Shown here: in pieces, positions 49,362-56,212 of the stretch | Position numbering within the stretch: the stretch's first letter is position 1 | Layout of the letters: every line of letters starts with the position of its first letter | From: a virus | Taxonomy: Duplodnaviria; Caudoviricetes | IMG/VR virus record: IMGVR_UViG_3300032335_001269 | Coordinates: 1 to 64,000 of that record | Reading direction: 5' to 3' (one strand) | Length of the DNA: 64,000 nt | The notes under the pieces: model-generated | Seen by the model: the letters and a program-made list of their open reading frames with translations, nothing else | The model's database searches: none | Told to the model about the DNA's origin: nothing | Position numbers and translations under genes: made by a program

Positions 49362-49652
49362 TCAGGCACCCCTACGCTCCAGAGCAGCAGCGCGGCGATC
49401 GTTGCGGTACTGATCACGGGCACGGATCATCACTGCCTCAAGGTCAGCAACCATCACACTGCCCAACCCTGTGACGCGGGTGATGGTCAGACCCTTACCC
49501 GAACCAACGGCATGGGACGAACCACCGGCAGGCAAATCAGAATCACGAACGGAACCAATGGCAGCACCCCGCCCGTGCTGAGAGTTACGGCTGAGGGTCT
49601 CACCCTTACGGGGACCGCGACGGGGCAGGCGGGTGACGGTATAGATGGTCAT
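49362..49652 (-). CDS. Early hypothetical protein (start MTIYTV)
   Basis: ATG follows repeat promoter 49668-49688. Confidence 0.6.
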   Translation of the reverse strand: MTIYTVTRLPRRGPRKGETLSRNSQHGRGAAIGSVRDSDLPAGGSSHAVGSGKGLTITRVTGLGSVMVADLEAVMIRARDQYRNDRRAAALERRGA

Positions 49653-49701
49653 CGGTTCAGGGGGTGTCGGTTGAGAGTATTGTAGCAGATCGGCGGAGGG
49701 G

Positions 49702-49914
49702 TCACCCCCATTGAGTGCTGCGCCACCCGCTGATGGGGCAGGGGGCAACGTCACCAGCAAGGGTCTCAGAGTATTGGGCAGCAATCGCGGTAGCGGGCAC
49801 TCCCCAATGAATGTAGGCGGAAGGGCGGGACCCGTTCTTCAGTTGGTCAGCACGGGAGACCCACTTGACCTGACGGGTAGCAAGGTCAGAGCAGGCAGCA
49901 AGGGGGAAACGCAT
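49702..49914 (-). CDS. Early hypothetical protein
   Basis: Lies between two family-A repeats. Confidence 0.6.
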   Translation of the reverse strand: MRFPLAACSDLATRQVKWVSRADQLKNGSRPSAYIHWGVPATAIAAQYSETLAGDVAPCPISGWRSTQWG

Positions 49915-49952
49915 CAGGTCGGTGTCGGTTGACTTGAGAGTATTGTAGCAGG

Positions 49953-50159
49953 TCAGCGGTCGTTCAGGTATTGCTCAAACCCCCGTGCCATTCCCTGCAG
50001 AAAAGCGGCGGCGATGCCCTGCCAGAACCCAGGGTCCTTGACGCAAGCGGTCAGACCATCCATCCAGTCTTGGGCGGTAGCGTTGGCGATTGCTTCCCGC
50101 TCTGCAGGGGTCAGGTCATCCAGGAACTGCTGCAGGTCATCGGTTGCGTTGCGGGTCAT
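49953..50159 (-). CDS. Early hypothetical protein
   Basis: Between family-A repeats; stop codon inside the repeat. Confidence 0.65.
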   Translation of the reverse strand: MTRNATDDLQQFLDDLTPAEREAIANATAQDWMDGLTACVKDPGFWQGIAAAFLQGMARGFEQYLNDR

Positions 50160-50193
50160 CAGAGTGCCTTGCGGTTGAAAGAATTATAGCAGG

Positions 50194-50400
50194 TCAGCGG
50201 GCAGCAGGCAGCAGGCAGCGGCTGACCTCACCGGGTGCCCTCAACACTTGACCGCCCTGCTGCTGGCAACGGGATTCGATGCGGACGTTAGCGCGGTTGA
50301 GCAGCAGGAACAGACCTGCCGCTGCCAGAGTGATGCCTGCAAAGAACAGAGCATAGACCGCAGCATCTTTCAGGCGCTCTTGCAGTTCGAAGGTGGTCAT
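50194..50400 (-). CDS. Early membrane protein (start MTTFEL)
   Basis: Hydrophobic AAVYALFFAGITLAAAGLFLLL, then C-x-x-x-GG...C. Confidence 0.65.
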   Translation of the reverse strand: MTTFELQERLKDAAVYALFFAGITLAAAGLFLLLNRANVRIESRCQQQGGQVLRAPGEVSRCLLPAAR

Positions 50401-50467
50401 CGGGGTTCCTTGCGGTTGAGAGTATTGTAGCAGGTCGGGGGCAGGGGTCAACCTGCCCCGTAGGGGG

Positions 50468-50647
50468 TCAGCGGATCACCTTGACCACTTCGCCCTTGTG
50501 GCGAATCACGATGGAGGTGAAGGAGGGGTGGAACCCCTTGGCGCTGCGAACGGCACCTGCCAGGGAGGTGCAGTGGGTCATGCAGGATGCTGCATCGGGG
50601 GTGGAACCAGCAACAACGGTGAAGTCGCGGGTCTTGGTGGTTGCCAT
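50468..50647 (-). CDS. Early hypothetical protein (start MATTKT)
   Basis: Follows TATACT -10 at 50677-50672. Confidence 0.6.
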   Translation of the reverse strand: MATTKTRDFTVVAGSTPDAASCMTHCTSLAGAVRSAKGFHPSFTSIVIRHKGEVVKVIR

Positions 50648-50718
50648 GGGGTGGGGGTGTGAACTGGAATCAGTATAGGGGCAAAAGGGAGGGGGTGTGC
50701 CCCTCCGTTGTGCCACTA

Positions 50719-50850
50719 TCAGAATTGGATCTCCTGCAGGGTCGGGGCGTCAGCAGCGTCACCCTCAGCGGTCAGGGTCTCCAGAATCTGCAGCAGTTCG
50801 GCGCCAGTGGCAGCACGGTTCAGCAGGGCAACGGCAAGGTCAGCGGTCAT
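50719..50850 (-). CDS. Early hypothetical protein, 43 aa (not in track)
   Basis: MTADLAVALLNRAATGAELLQILETLTAEGDAADAPTLQEIQF. Confidence 0.65.
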   Translation of the reverse strand: MTADLAVALLNRAATGAELLQILETLTAEGDAADAPTLQEIQF

Positions 50851-50916
50851 GGTTGAAATAGGGTTGAGGTTTGCTGGGCGTCTTTCAGGGCGCACCCGCT
50901 CCCGTATTGTATCAGG

Positions 50917-51078
50917 TCAGCGGGCGAACTGTGCCAGACTGCTGGGAGCGACGTGAGCAGGGGACCCGCAGGACCTGTAGAAGTCTACCATACGCTCTGC
51001 CTCCTGCAGGGTGGGGAACCACTGGGAGCGCCACTCGCAGGCGTTGTAGGGGGTCTGGTAACGGACTTCGATTCGCAT
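50917..51078 (-). CDS. Early hypothetical protein, 53 aa (not in track)
   Basis: MRIEVRYQTPYNACEWRSQWFPTLQEAERMVDFYRSCGSPAHVAPSSLAQFAR; flanked by family-A repeats. Confidence 0.7.
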   Translation of the reverse strand: MRIEVRYQTPYNACEWRSQWFPTLQEAERMVDFYRSCGSPAHVAPSSLAQFAR

Positions 51079-51142
51079 GGGTTGGTTGCGGTTGAGAGTA
51101 TTGTAGCAGGTCAGGGGGGTCGGGTGTGACCCCCCAGCGGGT

Positions 51143-51403
51143 TTAGAAGTCGAACACGTCGCCGTTGATTTCAGCGCGGTTGACTTTAGGGTCGTCCCAT
51201 TTCACACCGTCAGGAGTTTCTTTGGTGCCAAATTCATAAAATGCTTCCAGCAGTTCTTCATAGCAGCAGACATCATTCTCCTGAATGAAGTTATGAATGC
51301 TCTCATCATTCTCAATCCAGAGCACAACATTCCAGGTCTCATAATTGGTCCAACCGTTGTAGGTTTGGTCGGTGAGGCAGGTCTGGTAGGTAGTGGCAGG
51401 CAT
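51143..51403 (-). CDS. Conserved early phage protein (YNGWTNYETW family)
   Basis: TYNGWTNYETWNVVLWIEND motif; own promoter. Confidence 0.75.
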   Translation of the reverse strand: MPATTYQTCLTDQTYNGWTNYETWNVVLWIENDESIHNFIQENDVCCYEELLEAFYEFGTKETPDGVKWDDPKVNRAEINGDVFDF

Positions 51404-51476
51404 TGGTTTGTCTGTGGTTGACTTGTTAATTGTAAGGGGTCAGGCGGGGGGTTGGTGCCCCCCTTGTGCCAGTTCG

Positions 51477-51677
51477 TCAGGCGTCCGAGACTGCCAACTC
51501 ACCGATGCGGGATTCCAGGCAGACCTCCCGCACCTCCATCCGGGCATAATCGTATCCCTGATCCAATTCCAGTTCCTGCCGATAGAGGTCAGCAGCAGTG
51601 CGGCAATCGAACAGGCGGAGGGAATCAAAGGACTCGCCTTCATAATCCCAACCACCGATGACAGCGTAGACTTGCAT
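51477..51677 (-). CDS. Small acidic early protein
   Basis: Own promoter; stop inside family-B palindrome. Confidence 0.65.
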   Translation of the reverse strand: MQVYAVIGGWDYEGESFDSLRLFDCRTAADLYRQELELDQGYDYARMEVREVCLESRIGELAVSDA

Positions 51678-51757
51678 GGGTTGCTCCGTTTGGTATGAAT
51701 CAATTATAGGGGGTCAGGGCAGGGTCTGGGGTTGTCAGGGTGCCAGTTCGGAGACTG

Positions 51758-52342
51758 TCACAGCACCTCCTTGCCGAACTTGCCGCAGAGGTAGAATGCC
51801 ATCCCTTTATCTTTCAGGGTGCATCCTGCAAAGGTCAAAGGAACATAGCGACCGTTGGTTTTAGATGCTTTGGTCCGAATCTGCAGCAGACCGTTAGGAC
51901 CAGTCACAGTGTTAAGTTCACTGCCGGCATCAAATGCACTACGGATGGCATCACAAATGAACTGATAATCTTCTGCCAGTTCCTGATAGTGTTCGGGATG
52001 AGTTTCGGGATTCAGAACCTCAGTGCCGACATAATCGTTGGAGCGGGTGAACCCAACGTAGATGGTTTGAGAGAGTTTCTCACCGACCTTACTATCAGCG
52101 AAACTAACACCGTCCTCAATGATTTCGGAGAGGCAATGCTTCAGTTGGGTGACAGCGATAGACTCACCAACAGTGAAGGTCTTAAGTTCACCATCCACCA
52201 AATCTTTCAGGTTGGAACTGTTAGGAATGCCCAGAGCAGTTTCAATCAGTTGCCCACGGGAACCTTTGTTTTTTGCGGGTTTGGCAAATGCAGAAAAGTC
52301 AGTGACCTTCAGTTGGGCAGCGACTTGCAGGGTTTCGAGCAT
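51758..52342 (-). CDS. MutH/Sau3AI-family PD-(D/E)xK endonuclease (start MLETLQ)
   Basis: NKGSRGQLIETALG..D...ELKT, LQIRTKA, AFYL match MutH-family motifs. Confidence 0.82.
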   Translation of the reverse strand: MLETLQVAAQLKVTDFSAFAKPAKNKGSRGQLIETALGIPNSSNLKDLVDGELKTFTVGESIAVTQLKHCLSEIIEDGVSFADSKVGEKLSQTIYVGFTRSNDYVGTEVLNPETHPEHYQELAEDYQFICDAIRSAFDAGSELNTVTGPNGLLQIRTKASKTNGRYVPLTFAGCTLKDKGMAFYLCGKFGKEVL

Positions 52343-52411
52343 CGGGTGGGTTGCTGATGAGTTAATTGTAGGGCATCGGGCGGACCCCACAAGGGGGTCT
52401 GTGCCACCTTA

Positions 52412-53308
52412 TCAACTGGCACACTGAAAGCGCCCGCTGTTGAAATTATGATATGAAAAGACCTCACGGTTCACCAGTTTGAACATACCAAACTCATTGG
52501 TCATGACATAACCTTCGGCATCAATCCTCTCCTGCCCGATATAAGCGGCAGGACCATCATTGCGGCACAGATAGAGACAATCTGCCTTGATGGATTTCAC
52601 CAGTGCCCACAACCCCAGCAGGTTAGGATCGCAGTCGAATTCAGTATTCACAACAGGACGATTCTCACGAATGCAGGCATTCAGTTGTTGCTTAATCTTT
52701 GCTGCCTCTTTATCAGTCACAAACTTAACCGCAAGTGCCATCACCCGTGCAAACTTGCAGACCTCCTCAACATCAGCGAAGGACTCTTGCCCGTGCTGAA
52801 TGTATGCTTGCGGTTTCACAAATTTGCAGTAGTGAGTGTCAGTGATGATAAAGTTCATCGGGTGAGCAACAGCATCACGCAAATCATTCTCTGCCGTATA
52901 GACAGTGTGAGGTGCGACAATAATCTCCTGATAGACTACTTCAGAAAACTTGTAAGTGAGCGTATTGGGAGTATACTCATCGCTACCACCAAACCCAATA
53001 AAATCACCTTGAATGATAGCATTTGTGCGAGGAAGATAATCAAAGCAAGCGTGAAGAATACGCGCAACTTCACCCTGATAGAATGCATCAATCTCTTCAT
53101 GATTGTGAGCGATACGAATCTTTTTCTTGTTAAAGACTGCTTTGGTTCCTACAAAGAACTCACCGCAGGCAGGGTCAATACCCCAGACAATTGCAGGGGC
53201 ACCATCAATCTTAACGCTCAAGTTACCAGGATTGACGAACCAATCCAGGACAGAAAGGTCACCCGTGAGGATAGAATCTTCGGGGTGCTCAAGGTGGGTG
53301 TTTTTCAT
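52412..53308 (-). CDS. DUF6267-type protein with ATP-dependent ligase-like motifs
   Basis: HLEHPED, SVKIDGAP (KxDG), QGDF, EGYV, FKLV. Confidence 0.7.
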   Translation of the reverse strand: MKNTHLEHPEDSILTGDLSVLDWFVNPGNLSVKIDGAPAIVWGIDPACGEFFVGTKAVFNKKKIRIAHNHEEIDAFYQGEVARILHACFDYLPRTNAIIQGDFIGFGGSDEYTPNTLTYKFSEVVYQEIIVAPHTVYTAENDLRDAVAHPMNFIITDTHYCKFVKPQAYIQHGQESFADVEEVCKFARVMALAVKFVTDKEAAKIKQQLNACIRENRPVVNTEFDCDPNLLGLWALVKSIKADCLYLCRNDGPAAYIGQERIDAEGYVMTNEFGMFKLVNREVFSYHNFNSGRFQCAS

Positions 53309-53362
53309 ATCTTTATATTAGCGCGGTTCGGGGCGGAAGTCAAGGGGTGGTAACCGAACCAC

Positions 53363-53566
53363 TCAGACCTTCACAGGCTTGCCTGTGCGCCAGCAGAGCT
53401 CCCACAAGGTGAGGGGGGTTGGCGTGCCCTTGCTTTGGTGGCAGAGGGTCAGACCCTCCTCTACGGTGCTGACCTCATCAGCCCACGAGCTGTCGAACTC
53501 ACCCCACTCGGTGGGTTGGACGAAGAAGCGGGAGGTGAAGCTGGTCATTTCGGTTTCGTTTTTCAT
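53363..53566 (-). CDS. Early hypothetical protein
   Basis: Follows family-B promoter at 53573-53632. Confidence 0.55.
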   Translation of the reverse strand: MKNETEMTSFTSRFFVQPTEWGEFDSSWADEVSTVEEGLTLCHQSKGTPTPLTLWELCWRTGKPVKV

Positions 53567-53619
53567 ACTGCTATTGTAAGGGGTCCTGTGGGGGTCTGGG
53601 GTGGGTCTTGTGCCAGTTG

Positions 53620-53829
53620 TCAGGGTGTCACAGTCTCCTTAAGTTGCTCTGCAGGATAGTTAAAAAGTTTATTAATCCTTTCAACTTCACTCTCAAAAAA
53701 CTCCATTGCTTCCAAAGGTTCAATGTCATACTTGTCAGCAAGTCTATCAAGTTTCCACCGCAGATTATTCATCTCCCAAAGTTGGGTGAGAATGAACAAA
53801 CGAACTTCGTGCTTTTGTGATTGCTTCAT
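53620..53829 (-). CDS. Early hypothetical protein
   Basis: Family-B promoter, AAGGGA SD, stop inside palindrome; locally AT-richer. Confidence 0.6.
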   Translation of the reverse strand: MKQSQKHEVRLFILTQLWEMNNLRWKLDRLADKYDIEPLEAMEFFESEVERINKLFNYPAEQLKETVTP

Positions 53830-53949
53830 CAGGTCCCTTTGCTGTTGAAACTACTATAAGGCGTCAGGCACCCCCTACAAGGGGTCTTGTGCCACCTTAC
53901 GAACTGGCACAGGGTCACTGGTCTGGGGGTCCTCTGGGGTCTATGATAA

Positions 53950-54020
53950 GGGGACAAACGAAGGAGGGGCAGGGTCGCCCTGATGACGCAAACGGTCGTC
54001 ACTGGGGCAGCTTTGAAATA
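53950..54020 (+). ncRNA. Candidate small structured RNA transcribed rightward
   Basis: Plus-strand TATGAT at 53942-53947, 30 bp from palindrome 53888-53911; hairpins CAGGG-tcg-CCCTG and TGACG-N8-CGTCA. Confidence 0.4.
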
Positions 54021-54036
54021 ATACAAAACAAAATAT

Positions 54037-54062
54037 AAAAAAAGGGAGGCATTGTGCCCCCC
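54037..54062 (-). terminator. Rho-independent terminator
   Basis: Minus strand GGGGGGCA-caa-TGCCTCCC followed by T7. Confidence 0.8.
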
Positions 54063-54068
54063 AATTCT

Positions 54069-54416
54069 CTATGCAAACATCATACCATTCACAAACTCAC
54101 TCTCATTGTAGACAGGAGAAGTTCCTGCCTGCCCGATGAACTTGTGAACGAACCAATCGAAGTTCCGTTGAAACACACATTCGCCCTTGATTCCGTGCTC
54201 TTTGAGAATCGCATTCAGACGCGATTTGGTGGTCGCAGACTGATAACCACCGTCGAAGATTTGCACGAAGTCTTCACCAACGGTAGCGATGTGATTGCCG
54301 AACAGAAACACTTTGGACTCTTGAGTTTCAGGGTCAAAGGTGACTTCAGTGTTGCCAGACTTCCAGTTCAGGGAGTCACGAATGGCAGCGTTCATCTGGG
54401 TTTCAATCTTGCGCAT
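54069..54416 (-). CDS. Conserved early cyanophage protein (MRKIE..M family)
   Basis: WKSGNT, LFGNHIA, DGGYQSATTKSRLNA, FQRNFDW. Confidence 0.8.
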   Translation of the reverse strand: MRKIETQMNAAIRDSLNWKSGNTEVTFDPETQESKVFLFGNHIATVGEDFVQIFDGGYQSATTKSRLNAILKEHGIKGECVFQRNFDWFVHKFIGQAGTSPVYNESEFVNGMMFA

Positions 54417-54489
54417 TTGGGGGTTTCCCGCTCAACAAAGGTAGTATGGACCAGATTGGGGGGAATCGCAACCCCCCTTGTGCCAGTTC

Positions 54490-54672
54490 CTAAACTGTCA
54501 CATCCTCCAGCAGTTCGGGATAGTATTCACGAACCTCTGTAATCAGTTCACCATCACTATACTTGTCGTAACTTTCCATCAGATAATCATAACAAAGACC
54601 CACCAAAGTTTGCATATCCATACCATCAATAATTTGCTGGACCAGGTGATTTTGAAGTTCAGAACGGTTCAT
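54490..54672 (-). CDS. Early hypothetical protein (likely start MNRSEL)
   Basis: IIDGMD...EYYPELL; stop inside palindrome. Confidence 0.65.
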   Translation of the reverse strand: MNRSELQNHLVQQIIDGMDMQTLVGLCYDYLMESYDKYSDGELITEVREYYPELLEDVTV

Positions 54673-54673
54673 T

Positions 54674-54910
54674 TCAGTGAGTGTTAAGAATGTGAACGAA
54701 ATCAAGAGAGACAACACACCAACAAGTGTAATCTGTCACCTCTTCAACTAACGCTTGAGCAATCTGTTCGTCATCATCGTCATCATCAACTTCTACCTCA
54801 AAGACATTACCGACAACAGAATTGATCACCTCTTGTTGTTCTTCAAGAGTGAAATCTTCATCATCAAAATCAAATGTAACTTCGGTGACTTGAAGTGTAA
54901 GAGTTCTCAT
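54674..54910 (-). CDS. Highly acidic early protein
   Basis: FDFDDED, DDDDDDE tract. Confidence 0.7.
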   Translation of the reverse strand: MRTLTLQVTEVTFDFDDEDFTLEEQQEVINSVVGNVFEVEVDDDDDDEQIAQALVEEVTDYTCWCVVSLDFVHILNTH

Positions 54911-55035
54911 TTACGAAGAGGAGAATTGTAGTAACGACGAAAGGCAGTGAGAAGAATAATGCCCGTTGAAACAACACCAACCAAACCAAGGAAGGTGACA
55001 GCATCACCGGCAAAAGTGTAAGTGTCAGGATTCAT
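54907..55035 (-). CDS. Small single-TM protein, 42 aa (not in track)
   Basis: MNPDTYTFAGDAVTFLGLVGVVSTGIILLTAFRRYYNSPLRK; ATGA overlap. Confidence 0.65.
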   Translation of the reverse strand: MNPDTYTFAGDAVTFLGLVGVVSTGIILLTAFRRYYNSPLRK

Positions 55036-55036
55036 T

Positions 55037-55162
55037 TCAGTAATCATAATTTGCGTTCAGGTATTCATTGACATCGAACTTCTCATCACGAAGTTCGGGA
55101 ATGTCAAGGTCGAAGATTTCACCGGGAGCATCCTGAATCTCACTCCAGAGTTCATCAAACAT
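55037..55162 (-). CDS. Small acidic protein, 41 aa (not in track)
   Basis: MFDELWSEIQDAPGEIFDLDIPELRDEKFDVNEYLNANYDY; follows TTGCGA-17-TAAATT. Confidence 0.65.
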   Translation of the reverse strand: MFDELWSEIQDAPGEIFDLDIPELRDEKFDVNEYLNANYDY

Positions 55163-55203
55163 GGTCTGTCTCTCAAGGACGAATGTAATTTATCAGGGTT
55201 TGG

Positions 55204-55365
55204 TCAGGGTCGCAAGGGGTCTTGTGCCACTTCCCCAACTGTCACACTCAGGGTCTTCAATTCTTTAAACTTACGGTGAGAATACGGGACCTTTTTAGTA
55301 CTCCAAATAAACGAATGTTCAATAACATTCACGGGGCATTTTCCAATTGAAAGATAATTAATCAT
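55204..55365 (-). CDS. Small ORF, 53 aa, reading through a family-B palindrome
   Basis: MINYLSIGKCP...SVTVGEVAQDPLRP; follows TTGCGC-17-TAATTT. Confidence 0.4.
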   Translation of the reverse strand: MINYLSIGKCPVNVIEHSFIWSTKKVPYSHRKFKELKTLSVTVGEVAQDPLRP

Positions 55366-55447
55366 CGAATTTCTCAGGGACGAATGTAAATTATCAGGAA
55401 TTCATCCCCAGCGCAAGGGGGTTTGTGCCACTTCGAGAACTGTCACA

Positions 55448-55600
55448 CTAGACGAAGATATCGACCTCTTTGATGCTAACATCGACATCTTCGTCACCTT
55501 CGAGTTCTAATATTTGTCTCCAATTAATATCCTCAAGATCTAGATCATCATAACACTCTACATCTAGAGTAACACGTACTAGGCGTTTGTGTGCTATCAT
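55448..55600 (-). CDS. Small acidic protein, 50 aa (not in track)
   Basis: MIAHKRLVRVTLDVECYDDLDLEDINWRQILELEGDEDVDVSIKEVDIFV. Confidence 0.6.
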   Translation of the reverse strand: MIAHKRLVRVTLDVECYDDLDLEDINWRQILELEGDEDVDVSIKEVDIFV

Positions 55601-55606
55601 GATATA

Positions 55607-55747
55607 TTATGCGTAATGCCTGTATGCTAGGTCCTGATAATCATGCGTGTCTCGTGCATAATCATCATCTAGATCTAGTGTATAATGCTCATCTAGATCC
55701 GCGTAATCGTTCGTGTATGTGTAGTCGAAATCGTAATCGTCGTACAT
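55607..55747 (-). CDS. Asp/Tyr-rich protein, 46 aa (not in track)
   Basis: MYDDYDFDYTYTNDYADLDEHYTLDLDDDYARDTHDYQDLAYRHYA; TTGCAA-18-TATAAT upstream. Confidence 0.55.
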   Translation of the reverse strand: MYDDYDFDYTYTNDYADLDEHYTLDLDDDYARDTHDYQDLAYRHYA

Positions 55748-55749
55748 AG

Positions 55750-55988
55750 CTCGTCGAGATCGTGTGAGTGACTTGTGTATTATAGCATAGAGCTCGACGA
55801 GATTGCAATAGGTGTGTGCAGGTCTCGTCGAGATTCATATGGTAGTATATATGAATCTAGATGCTTCTAGATGGGTCTCGACTAGATTGTATGAGAGTCT
55901 CGTGACATAATGCCTCGTCGAGATTCTATCATACTCTGATAAGAATGTCAAGTCTCGTCTAGATTTTATGTGCGGGTCTCGTCTAGAT
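55750..55988. repeat. Iteron-like repeats CTCG(T/A)C(G/T)AGAT
   Basis: Copies at 55750, 55793, 55824, 55877, 55914, 55954, 55978, plus a degenerate one at 55899. Confidence 0.85.
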
Positions 55989-56024
55989 TTTATGAGGGTC
56001 TGGGGATTTTTATGGGGGCGGGGG

Positions 56025-56053
56025 TTGACAAACTGCAAGTCTTATGGTACGCT
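56025..56053 (+). promoter_or_regulatory. Rightward sigma70-type promoter
   Basis: TTGACA-17-TACGCT, with TG upstream of the -10. Confidence 0.55.
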
Positions 56054-56123
56054 CGCTAAACTCACAAGACCTGGACACATTTATAAGCACTTATAAGGTA
56101 TTAGAGAGCATACATTTATAAAG

Positions 56124-56163
56124 TTTTCCACATAATTAAATACTTTTCCACAGGTTTTCCACA
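56124..56163 (+). promoter_or_regulatory. Three cyanobacterial-type DnaA boxes TTTTCCACA
   Basis: 56124-56132, 56144-56152, 56155-56163, same orientation, followed by an AT-rich tract. Confidence 0.7.
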
Positions 56164-56212
56164 ACTAAACAAAATACACTTATATATTTTTTAATACATT
56201 TTTTTAATTAAT

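Larger units (their letters stand above)
49668..51114 (-). repeat. Repeat family A: six promoter-leader repeats CCTGCTACAATACTCTCAACCG
   Basis: Copies at about 49668, 49934, 50172, 50413, 50905 (partial), 51089; each has an extended -10 (TGnTAyAAT) ahead of a small ORF. Confidence 0.88.

Noticed and set aside
50930-50953. Extra TGTGCCAG half-sites (also near 59739)
   Set aside because: No second arm and not in the 29-31 bp register with a -10 box, so not counted
49362-52390. Long N-terminal versions of early ORFs (49784, 50451, 50716, 52390) with shared DLLQYSQP
   Set aside because: These extensions translate the repeated promoter sequence; the real starts lie downstream of the -10 boxes
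52400-52423. Palindrome as a CRP or NtcA site
   Set aside because: Does not fit TGTGA-N6-TCACA or GTA-N8-TAC geometry
53978-54020. CTGATGA...GAAA as a hammerhead ribozyme
   Set aside because: Stem II closing directly onto GAAA, and stems I and III with a cleavage triplet, could not be built
55209-55246. TGGCAC...TTGC as a sigma54 promoter
   Set aside because: Spacing is 8 nt rather than 5, the TTGC serves as a sigma70 -35, and cyanobacteria lack sigma54
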